This document shows, one piece after another, positions 1-11,899 of a stretch of 64,000 nt of DNA (position 1 is its first letter; the number at the start of each line of letters is the position of its first letter). Under the pieces are notes generated by a model that worked only from the letters and a program-made list of their open reading frames with translations, was not told the origin of the DNA and did no database searches. Origin of the DNA: Gordius albopunctatus (lineage: Eukaryota). Both the position numbers and the translations under genes were made by a program. The DNA is taken from contig OZ193910.1 of the NCBI GenBank assembly GCA_964276515.1, forward strand, positions 7,874,001 to 7,938,000. The letters run 5' to 3'.

Positions 1-3000
1 ACTTTCATGAGAACTATATGGTTGTACAAAAAAATTGAAAAAATTTTGAGGTCGAAAAAAATATTATTTTTCATATTGTTTCGAAAAGGAGATGAAAAAA
101 TCTTTAAAAGTTAGTAAATATTCATAGCATTTTGTCCTTTCTTGATAGGAATTTTTGCGTGGGGGCTATTTGAGATTGAGAGAAATTAAAATTTTCGTGT
201 TGCGTTTAGATTGATTCAATATCGCTTTATAAGCGTGTCTCTAGTTTTAGTGAAACAAGCTCTATGCGATCGTGATTTAGAGTTAATAATTTTTGATGAC
301 TGATCAAAAAAATGTTTTTCAAGGAATTCATCTCTTATACGGAAAACTTTCATGAGAGCTATATGGTTGAACAAAAAAAATTAAAACAATTTTGAGGTCG
401 AAAAAAATATTATTTTTCATATTCTTTCGAAAGGGAGATGAAAAAATCTTTAAAAGTTATTAAATATTCTTAGCATTTTGTCCTTGTTAGAATCTTGATA
501 GGAATTTTTGCGTGGGGGGATGTTTTAGATTGAGAGAAATTAAAATTTATGTGTTGCGTTTATATTGTTTCAATATCACTTTATAAGCGTGTCTCTAGTT
601 TTAGTGAAACAAGCTCTATGCGATCGTGATTTAGGGTTAATAATTTTTGATGACTGATCAAAAAAATGTTTTTCAAGGAATTCACCTCTTATACCGAAAA
701 CTTTCATGAGAGCTATATGGTTGAACAAAATAATTGAAAAAATTTTGAGATCGAAAAAAATATTATTTTTCAAATTCTTTCGAAAGGGAGATGAAAAAAT
801 CTTTAAAAGTTAGTAAATATTCTAAATATTTTGTCCTTGTTAGAATCTTGATAGGAATTTTTGCGTTGGCGATGTTTGAGATTGAGAGAAATTAAAATTT
901 TCGTGTGGCGTTTAGATTGATTCAATATCGCTTTATAAGCGTGTCTCTAGTTTTAGTGAAACAAGCTCTATGCGATCGTGATTTAGAGTTAATAATTTTT
1001 GATGACTGATCAAAAAAATGTTTTTCAAGGAATTCACCTTTTATACCGAAAACTTTCATGAGAACTATATGGTTGAACAAAAAAATTAAAACAATTTTGA
1101 GGTCGAAAAAAATATTATTTTTCATATTCTTTCGAAAGGGAGATGAAAAAATCTTTAAAAGTTATTAAATATTCTTAGCATTTTGTCCTTGTTAGAATCT
1201 TGATAGGAATTTTTGCGTGGGGGGATGTTTTAGATTGAGAGAAATTAAAATTTTCGTGTGGCGTTTAGATTGATTCAATATCGCTTTATAAGCGTGTCTC
1301 TAGTTTTAGTGAAACAAGCTCTATGCGATCGTGATTTACAGTTAATAATTTTTGATGACTGATCAAAAAAATGTTTTTCAAGGAATTCACCTCTTATACC
1401 GAAAACTTTCATGAGAACTATATGGTTGAACAAAAAAATTGAAAAAATTTTGAGGTCGAAAAAAATATTATTTTTCATATTGTTTCGAAAAGGAGATGAA
1501 AAAATCTTTAAAAGTTAGTAAATATTCATAGCATTTTGTCCTTTCTTGATAGGAATTTTTGCGTGGGGGCTATTTGAGATTGAGAGAAATTAAAATTTTC
1601 GTGTTGCGTTTAGATTGATTCAATATCGCTTTATAAGCGTGTCTCTAGTTTTAGTGAAACAAGCTCTATGCGATCGTGATTTAGAGTTAATAATTTTTGA
1701 TGACTGATCAAAAAAATGTTTTTCAAGGAATTCACCTCTTATACCGAAAACTTTCATGAGAACTATATGGTTGAACAAAAAAATTGAAAAAATTTTGAGG
1801 TCGAAAAAAATATTATTTTTCATATTGTTTCGAAAAGGAGATGAAAAAATCTTTAAAAGTTAGTAAATATTCTTAGCATTTTGTCCTTTCTTGATAGGAA
1901 TTTTTGCGTGGGGGCTATTTGAGATTGAGAGAAATTAAAATTTTCGTGTTGCGTTTAGATTGATTCAATATCGCTTTATAAGCGTGTCTCTAGTTTTAGT
2001 GAAACAAGCTCTATGCGATCGTGATTTAGAGTTAATAATTTTTGATGACTGATCAAAAAAATGTTTTTCAAGGAATTCATCTCTTATACGGAAAACTTTC
2101 ATGAGAGCTATATGGTTGAACAAAAAAAATTAAAACAATTTTGAGGTCGAAAAAAATATTATTTTTCATATTCTTTCGAAAGGGAGATGAAAAAATCTTT
2201 AAAAGTTATTAAATATTCTTAGCATTTTGTCCTTGTTAGAATCTTGATAGGAATTTTTGCGTGGGGGGATGTTTTAGATTGAGAGAAATTAAAATTTTCG
2301 TGTGGCGTTTAGATTGATTCAATATCGCTTTATAAGCGTGTCTCTAGTTTTAGTGAAACAAGCTCTATGCGATCGTGATTTACAGTTAATAATTTTTGAT
2401 GACTGATCAAAAAAATGTTTTTCAAGGAATTCACCTCTTATACCGAAAACTTTCATGAGAACTATATGGTTGTACAAAAAAATTGAAAAAATTTTGAGGT
2501 CGAAAAAAATATTATTTTTCATATTGTTTCGAAAAGGAGATGAAAAAATCTTTAAAAGTTAGTAAATATTCATAGCATTTTGTCCTTTCTTGATAGGAAT
2601 TTTTGCGTGGGGGCTATTTGAGATTGAGAGAAATTAAAATTTTCGTGTTGCGTTTAGATTGATTCAATATCGCTTTATAAGCGTGTCTCTAGTTTTAGTG
2701 AAACAAGCTCTATGCGATCGTGATTTAGAGTTAATAATTTTTGATGACTGATCAAAAAAATGTTTTTCAAGGAATTCATCTCTTATACGGAAAACTTTCA
2801 TGAGAGCTATATGGTTGAACAAAAAAAATTAAAACAATTTTGAGGTCGAAAAAAATATTATTTTTCATATTCTTTCGAAAGGGAGATGAAAAAATCTTTA
2901 AAAGTTATTAAATATTCTTAGCATTTTGTCCTTGTTAGAATCTTGATAGGAATTTTTGCGTGGGGGGATGTTTTAGATTGAGAGAAATTAAAATTTATGT

Positions 3001-3608
3001 GTTGCGTTTATATTGTTTCAATATCGCTTTATAAGCGTGTCTCTAGTTTTAGTGAAACAAGCTCTATGCGATCGTGATTTAGGGTTAATAATTTTTGATG
3101 ACTGATCAAAAAAATGTTTTTCAAGGAATTCACCTCTTATACCGAAAACTTTCATGAGAGCTATATGGTTGAACAAAATAATTGAAAAAATTTTGAGATC
3201 GAAAAAAATATTATTTTTCAAATTCTTTCGAAAGGGAGATGAAAAAATCTTTAAAAGTTAGTAAATATTCTAAATATTTTGTCCTTGTTAGAATCTTGAT
3301 AGGAATTTTTGCGTTGGCGATGTTTGAGATTGAGAGAAATTAAAATTTTCGTGTGGCGTTTAGATTGATTCAATATCGCTTTATAAGCGTGTCTCTAGTT
3401 TTAGTGAAACAAGCTCTATGCGATCGTGATTTAGAGTTAATAATTTTTGATGACTGATCAAAAAAATGTTTTTCAAGGAATTCACCTTTTATACCGAAAA
3501 CTTTCATGAGAACTATATGGTTGAACAAAAAAATTAAAACAATTTTGAGGTCGAAAAAAATATTATTTTTCATATTCTTTCGAAAGGGAGATGAAAAAAT
3601 CTTTAAAA
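1..3608 (+). repeat. Higher-order duplication, offset 2448 bp (7 monomers)
   Basis: Rare variants gttgtacaaa (~21 and ~2469) and ttttgagatcg with aacaaaataatt (~745 and ~3193) recur at exactly +2448. Positions 1-~1160 match 2449-~3608. Confidence 0.85.
1275..1619 (+). repeat. Representative short monomer class (345 bp; 7-bp deletion of gttagaa)
   Basis: It reads tgtcctt|tcttgatagg instead of tgtccttgttagaatcttgatagg, and the spacing 1275 to 1620 is 345 bp. The deletion is usually linked to gaactat, tattgtttcgaaaagg and ggggctatt variants. Confidence 0.95.
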
Positions 3609-5019
3609 ATTAGTAAATATTCTTAGAATTTTGTCCTTGTTAGAATCTTGATAGGAATTTTTGCGTTGGCGATGTTTGAGATTGAGAGAAATTAAAATTT
3701 TCGTGTGGCGTTTAGATTGATTCAATATCGCTTTATAAGCGTGTCTCTAGTTTTAGTGAAACAAGCTCTATGCGATCGTGATTTAGAGTTAATAATTTTT
3801 GATGACTGATCAAAAAAATGTTTTTCAAGGAATTCATCTCTTATACGGAAAACTTTCATGAGAGCTATATGGTTGAACAAAAAAATTGAAAAAATTTTGA
3901 GGTCGAAAAAAATATTTTTTTTCATATTCTTTCGAAAGGGAGATGAAAAAATCTTTAAAAGTTATTAAATATTCTTAGCATTTTGTCCTTGTTAGAATCT
4001 TGATAGGAATTTTTGCGTGGGGGGATGTTTTAGATTGAGAGAAATTAAAATTTAGGTGTTGCGTTTATATTGTTTCAATATCGCTTTATAAGCGTGTCTC
4101 TAGTTTTAGTGAAACAAGCTCTATGCGATCGTGATTTAGAGTTAATAATTTTTGATGACTGATCAAAAAAATGTTTTTCAAGGAATTCGCCTTTTATACC
4201 GAAAACTTTCATGAGAACTATATGGTTGAACAAAAAAATTAAAACAATTTTGAGGTCGAAAAAAATATTATTTTTCATATTCTTTCGAAAGGGAGATGAA
4301 AAAATCTTTAAAAATTAGTAAATATTCTTAGAATTTTGTCCTTGTTAGAATCTTGATAGGAATTTTTGCGTTGGCGATGTTTGAGATTGAGAGAAATTAA
4401 AATTTTCGTGTGGCGTTTAGATTGATTCAATATCGCTTTATAAGCGTGTCTCTAGTTTTAGTGAAACAAGCTCTATGCGATCGTGATTTACAGTTAATAA
4501 TTTTTGATGACTGATCAAAAAAATGTTTTTCAAGGAATTCACCTCTTATACCGAAAACTTTCATGAGAACTATATGGTTGAACAAAAAAATTGAAAAAAT
4601 TTTGAGGTCGAAAAAAATATTATTTTTCATATTGTTTCGAAAAGGAGATGAAAAAATCTTTAAAAGTTAGTAAATATTCATAGCATTTTGTCCTTTCTTG
4701 ATAGGAATTTTTGCGTGGGGGCTATTTGAGATTGAGAGAAATTAAAATTTTCGTGTTGCGTTTAGATTGATTCAATATCGCTTTATAAGCGTGTCTCTAG
4801 TTTTAGTGAAACAAGCTCTATGCGATCGTGATTTAGAGTTAATAATTTTTGATGACTGATCAAAAAAATGTTTTTCAAGGAATTCATCTCTTATACGGAA
4901 AACTTTCATGAGAGCTATATGGTTGAACAAAAAAAATTAAAACAATTTTGAGGTCGAAAAAAATATTATTTTTCATATTCTTTCGAAAGAGAGATGAAAA
5001 AATCTTTAAAAATTAGTAA

Positions 5020-8000
5020 ATATTCTTAGAATTTTGTCCTTGTTAGAATCTTGATAGGAATTTTTGCGTTGGCGATGTTTGAGATTGAGAGAAATTAAAA
5101 TTTTCGTGTGGCGTTTAGATTGATTCAATATCGCTTTATAAGCGTGTCTCTAGTTTTAGTGAAACAAGCTCTATGCGATCGTGATTTAGAGTTAATAATT
5201 TTTGATGACTGATCAAAAAAATGTTTTTCAAGGAATTCACCTTTTATACCGAAAACTTTCATGAGAACTATATGGTTGAACAAAAAAATTAAAACAATTT
5301 TGAGGTCGAAAAAAATATTATTTTTCATATTCTTTCGAAAGGGAGATGAAAAAATCTTTAAAAATTAGTAAATATTCTTAGAATTTTGTCCTTGTTAGAA
5401 TCTTGATAGGAATTTTTGCGTTGGCGATGTTTGAGATTGAGAGAAATTAAAATTTTCGTGTGGCGTTTAGATTGATTCAATATCGCTTTATAAGCGTGTC
5501 TCTAGTTTTAGTGAAACAAGCTCTATGCGATCGTGATTTAGAGTTAATAATTTTTGATGACTGATCAAAAAAATGTTTTTCAAGGAATTCATCTCTTATA
5601 CGGAAAACTTTCATGAGAGCTATATGGTTGAACAAAAAAATTGAAAAAATTTTGAGGTCGAAAAAAATATTTTTTTTCATATTCTTTCGAAAGGGAGATA
5701 AAAAATCTTTAAAAGTTATTAAATATTCTTAGCATTTTGTCCTTTTCAGAATCTTGATAGGAATTTTTGCGTGGGGGGATGTTTTAGATTGAGAGAAATT
5801 AAAATTTAGGTGTTGCGTTTATATTGTTTCAATATCGCTTTATAAGCGTGTCTCTAGTTTTAGTGAAACAAGCTCTATGCGATCGTGATTTAGAGTTAAT
5901 AATTTTTGATGACTGATCAAAAAAATGTTTTTCAAGGAATTCATCTCTTATACGGAAAACTTTCATGAGAGCTATATGGTTGAACAAAAAAAATTAAAAC
6001 AATTTCGAGGTCGAAAAAAATATTATTTTTCATATTCTTTCGAAAGGGAGATGAAAAAATCTTTAAAAGTTATTAAATATTCTTAGCATTTTGTCCTTGT
6101 TAGAATCTTGATAGGAATTTTTGCGTGGGGGGATGTTTTAGATTGAGAGAAATTAAAATTTAGGTGTTGCGTTTATATTGTTTCAATATCGCTTTATAAG
6201 CGTGTCTCTAGTTTTAGTGAAACAAGCTCTATGCGATCGTGATTTAGAGTTAATAATTTTTGATGACTGATCAAAAAAATGTTTTTCAAGGAATTCATCT
6301 CTTATACGGAAAACTTTCATGAGAGCTATATGGTTGAACAAAAAAAATTAAAACAATTTCGAGGTCGAAAAAAATATTATTTTTCAAATTCTTTCGAAAG
6401 GGAGATGAAAAAATCTTTAAAAGTTAGTAAATATTCTAAATATTTTGTCCTTGTTAGAATCTTGATAGGAATTTTTGCGTTGGCGATGTTTGAGATTGAG
6501 AGAAATTAAAATTTTCGTGTGGCGTTTAGATTGATTCAATATCGCTTTATAAGCGTGTCTCTAGTTTTAGTGAAACAAGCTCTATGCGATCGTGATTTAC
6601 AGTTAATAATTTTTGATGACTGATCAAAAAAATGTTTTTCAAGGAATTCACCTCTTATACCGAAAACTTTCATGAGAACTATATGGTTGAACAAAAAAAT
6701 TGAAAAAATTTTGAGGTCGAAAAAAATATTATTTTTCATATTGTTTCGAAAAGGAGATGAAAAAATCTTTAAAAGTTAGTAAATATTCATAGCATTTTGT
6801 CCTTTCTTGATAGGAATTTTTGCGTGGGGGCTATTTGAGATTGAGAGAAATTAAAATTTTCGTGTGGCGTTTAGATTGATTCAATATCGCTTTATAAGCG
6901 TGTCTCTAGTTTTAGTGAAACAAGCTCTATGCGATCGTGATTTAGAGTTAATAATTTTTGATGACTGATCAAAAAAATGTTTTTCAAGGAATTCATCTCT
7001 TATACGGAAAACTTTCATGAGAGCTATATGGTTGAACAAAAAAATTGAAAAAATTTTGAGGTCGAAAAAAATATTTTTTTTCATATTCTTTCGAAAGGGA
7101 GATGAAAAAATCTTTAAAAGTTATTAAATATTCTTAGCATTTTGTCCTTGTTAGAATCTTGATAGGAATTTATGCGTGGGGGGATGTTTTAGATTGAGAG
7201 AAATTAAAATTTAGGTGTTGCGTTTATATTGTTTCAATATCGCTTTATAAGCGTGTCTCTAGTTTTAGTGAAACAAGCTCTATGCGATCGTGATTTAGAG
7301 ATAATAATTTTTGACGACTGATCAAAAAAATGTTTTTAAAGGAATTCACCTCTTATACCGAAAACTTTCATGAGAGCTATATGGTTGAACAAAAAAATTG
7401 AAAAAATTTTGAGGTCGAAAAAAATATTATTTTTCATATTGTTTCGAAAAGGAGATGAAAAAATCTTTAAAAGTTAGTAAATATTCATACCATTTTGTCC
7501 TTTCTTGATAGGAATTTTTGCGTGGGGGCTATTTGAGATTGAGAGAAATTAAAATTTAGGTGTTGCGTTTATATTGTTTCAATATCGCTTTATAAGCGTG
7601 TCTCTAGTTTTAGTGAAACAAGCTCTATGCGATCGTGATTTAGAGTTAATAATTTTTGATGACTGATCAAAAAAATGTTTTTCAAGGAATTCACCTTTTA
7701 TACCGAAAACTTTCATGAGAACTATATGGTTGAACAAAAAAATTAAAACAATTTTGAGGTCGAAAAAAATATTATTTTTCATATTCTTTCGAAAGGGAGA
7801 TGAAAAAATCTTTAAAAATTAGTAAATATTCTTAGAATTTTGTCCTTGTTAGAATCTTGATAGGAATTTTTGCGTTGGCGATGTTTGAGATTGAGAGAAA
7901 TTAAAATTTTCGTGTTGCGTTTAGATTGATTCAATATCGCTTTATAAGCGTGTCTCTAGTTTTAGTGAAACAAGCTCTATGCGATCGTGATTTAGGGTTA

Positions 8001-9540
8001 ATAATTTTTGATGACTGATCAAAAAAATGTTTTTCAAGGAATTCACCTCTTATACCGAAAACTTTCATGAGAGCTATATGGTTGAACAAAATAATTGAAA
8101 AAATTTTGAGGTCGAAAAAAATATTATTTTTCAAATTCTTTCGAAAGGGAGATGAAAAAATCTTTAAAAGTTAGTAAATATTCTAAATATTTTGTCCTTG
8201 TTAGAATCTTGATAGGAATTTTTGCGTTGGCGATGTTTGAGATTGAGAGAAATTAAAATTTTCGTGTGGCGTTTAGATTGATTCAATATCGCTTTATAAG
8301 CGTGTCTCTAGTTTTAGTGAAACAAGCTCTATGCGATCGTGATTTAGAGTTAATAATTTTTGATGACTGATCAAAAAAATGTTTTTCAAGGAATTCACCT
8401 TTTATACCGAAAACTTTCATGAGAACTATATGGTTGAACAAAAAAATTAAAACAATTTTGAGGTCGAAAAAAATATTATTTTTCATATTCTTTCGAAAGG
8501 GAGATGAAAAAATCTTTAAAAATTAGTAAATATTCTTAGAATTTTGTCCTTGTTAGAATCTTGATAGGAATTTTTGCGTTGGCGATGTTTGAGATTGAGA
8601 GAAATTAAAATTTTCGTGTGGCGTTTAGATTGATTCAATATCGCTTTATAAGCGTGTCTCTAGTTTTAGTGAAACAAGCTCTATGCGATCGTGATTTAGA
8701 GTTAATAATTTTTGATGACTGATCAAAAAAATGTTTTTCAAGGAATTCATCTCTTATACGGAAAACTTTCATGAGAGCTATATGGTTGAACAAAAAAATT
8801 GAAAAAATTTTGAGGTCGAAAAAAATATTTTTTTTCATATTCTTTCGAAAGGGAGATAAAAAATCTTTAAAAGTTATTAAATATTCTTAGCATTTTGTCC
8901 TTTTCAGAATCTTGATAGGAATTTTTGCGTGGGGGGATGTTTTAGATTGAGAGAAATTAAAATTTAGGTGTTGCGTTTATATTGTTTCAATATCGCTTTA
9001 TAAGCGTGTCTCTAGTTTTAGTGAAACAAGCTCTATGCGATCGTGATTTAGAGTTAATAATTTTTGATGACTGATCAAAAAAATGTTTTTCAAGGAATTC
9101 ATCTCTTATACGGAAAACTTTCATGAGAGCTATATGGTTGAACAAAAAAAATTAAAACAATTTCGAGGTCGAAAAAAATATTATTTTTCATATTCTTTCG
9201 AAAGGGAGATGAAAAAATCTTTAAAAGTTATTAAATATTCTTAGCATTTTGTCCTTGTTAGAATCTTGATAGGAATTTTTGCGTGGGGGGATGTTTTAGA
9301 TTGAGAGAAATTAAAATTTAGGTGTTGCGTTTATATTGTTTCAATATCGCTTTATAAGCGTGTCTCTAGTTTTAGTGAAACAAGCTCTATGCGATCGTGA
9401 TTTAGAGTTAATAATTTTTGATGACTGATCAAAAAAATGTTTTTCAAGGAATTCATCTCTTATACGGAAAACTTTCATGAGAGCTATATGGTTGAACAAA
9501 AAAAATTAAAACAATTTCGAGGTCGAAAAAAATATTATTT
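5020..9540 (+). repeat. Higher-order duplication, offset 3158 bp (9 monomers)
   Basis: Monomers 5125/5477/5829/6183 match 8283/8635/8987/9341. The shared rare variants gggagataaaaaa and ccttttcagaatc occur at ~5695-5750 and ~8853-8910. Confidence 0.85.
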
Positions 9541-9694
9541 TTCATATTCTTTCGAAAGGGAGATGAAAAAATCTTTAAAAGTTATTAAATATTCTTAGCA
9601 TTTTGTCCTTGTTAGAATCTTGATAGGAATTTTTGCGTGGGGGGATGTTTTAGATTGAGAGAAATTAAAATTTAGGTGTTGCGTTTATATTGTT
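9341..9694 (+). repeat. Representative long monomer (354 bp)
   Basis: Runs from one tcaatatcgc to the next (9695). Hand count gives 36 C, 65 G and 10 CpG. It has single EcoRI (gaattc), BclI (tgatca), PvuI (cgatcg) and BspHI (tcatga) sites. Confidence 0.95.
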
Positions 9695-11899
9695 TCAATA
9701 TCGCTTTATAAGCGTGTCTCTAGTTTTAGTGAAACAAGCTCTATGCGATCGTGATTTAGAGTTAATAATTTTTGATGACTGATCAAAAAAATGTTTTTCA
9801 AGGAATTCATCTCTTATACGGAAAACTTTCATGAGAGCTATATGGTTGAACAAAAAAAATTAAAACAATTTCGAGGTCGAAAAAAATATTATTTTTCATA
9901 TTCTTTCGAAAGGGAGATGAAAAAATCTTTAAAAGTTAGTAAATATTCTTAGCATTTTGTCCTTGTTAGAATCTTGATAGAAATTTATGCGTGGGGGGAT
10001 GTTTTAGATTGAGAGAAATTAAAATTTAGGTGTTGCGTTTATATTGTTTCAATATCGCTTTATAAGCGTGTCTCTACTTTTAGTGAAACAAGCTCTATGC
10101 GATGGTGATTCAGAGTTAATAATTTTTGATGACTGATCAAAAAAATGTTTTTCAAGGAATTCACCTCTTATACCGAAAACTTTCATGAGAACTATATGGT
10201 TGAACAAAAAAATTTAAAAAATTTTGAGGTCGAAAAAAATATTATTTTTCATATTGTTTCGAAAAGGAGATGAAAAAATCTTTAAAAGTTAGTAAATATT
10301 CTTAGCATTTTGTCCTTTCTTGATAGGAATTTTTGCGTGGGGGTTATTTGAGATTGAGAGAAATTAAAATTTCCGTGTGGCGTTTAGATTGATTCAATAT
10401 CGTTTTATAAGCGTGTCTCTAGTTTTAGTGAAACAAGCTCTATGCGATCGTGATTTAGAGTTAATAATTTTTGATGACTGATCAAAAAAATGTTTTTCAA
10501 GGAATTCATCTCTTATACGGAAAACTTTCATGAGAGCTATATGGTTGAACAAAAAAATTGAAAAAATTTTGAGGTCGAAAAAAATATTTTTTTTCATATT
10601 CTTTCGAAAGGGAGATGAAAAAATCTTTAAAAGTTATTAAATATTCTTAGCATTTTGTCCTTGTTAGAATCTTGATAGGAATTTTTGCGTGGGTGGATGT
10701 TTTAGATTGAGAGAAATTAAAATTTAGGTGTTGCGTTTATATTGTTTCAATATCGCTTTATAAGCGTGTCTCTAGTTTTAGTGAAACAAGCTCTATGCGA
10801 TCGTGATTTAGAGTTAATAATTTTTGATGACTGATCAAAAAAATGTTTTTCAAGGAATTCATCTCTTATACGGAAAACTTTCATGAGAGCTATATGGTTG
10901 AACAAAATAATTAAAACAATTTCGAGGTCGAAAAAAATATTATTTTTCATATTCTTTCGAAAGGGAGATGAAAAAATCTTTAAAAGTTAGTAAATATTCT
11001 TAGCATTTTGTCCTTGTTAGAATCTTGATAGGAATTTATGCGTGGGGGGATGTTTTAGATTGAGAGAAATTAAAATTTATGTGTTGCGTTTATATTGTTT
11101 CAATATCGCTTTATAAGCGTGTCTCTAGTTTTAGTGAAACAAGCTCTATGCGATCGTGATTTAGGGTTAATAATTTTTGATGACTGATCAAAAAAATGTT
11201 TTTCAAGGAATTCACCTCTTATACCGAAAACTTTCATGAGAGCTATATGGTTGAACAAAAAAATTGAAAAAATTTTGAGGTCGAAAAAAATATTATTTTT
11301 CATATTCTTTCGAAAGGGAGATGAAAAAATCTTTAAAAGTTAGTAAATATTCTTAGTATTTTGTCCTTGTTAGAATCTTGATAGAAATTTATGCGTGGGG
11401 GGATGTTTTAGATTGAGAGAAATTAAAATTTAGGTGTTGCGTTTATATTGTTTCAATATCGCTTAATAAGCGTGTCTCTAGTTTTAGTAAAACAAGCTCT
11501 ATGCGATCGTGATTTAGGGTTAATAATTTTTGATGACTGATCAAAAAAATGTTTTTCAAGGAATTCACCTCTTATACCGAAAACTTTCATGAGAGCTATA
11601 TGGTTGAACAAAAAAATTGAAAAAATTTTGAGGTCGAAAAAAATATTATTTTTCAAATTCTTTCGAAAGGGAGATGAAAAAATCTTTAAAAGTTAGTAAA
11701 TATTCTAAATATTTTGTCCTTGTTAGAATCTTGATAGGAATTTTTGCGTTGGCGATGTTTGAGATTGAGAGAAATTAAAATTTTCGTGTGGCGTTTAGAT
11801 TGATTCAATATCGCTTTATAAGCGTGTCTCTAGTTTTAGTGAAACAAGCTCTATGCGATCGTGATTTACAGTTAATAATTTTTGATGACTGATCAAAAA

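Noticed and set aside
1250..1270. CENP-B box-like motif (tttcgtgtggcgttt; also ttcgaaaggg)
   Set aside because: Only the TTCG part matches. The required A and CGGG of nTTCGnnnnAnnCGGGn are absent.
6279..6509. 76-aa plus-strand ORF
   Set aside because: It is a chance open frame produced by one combination of variants in a single monomer.
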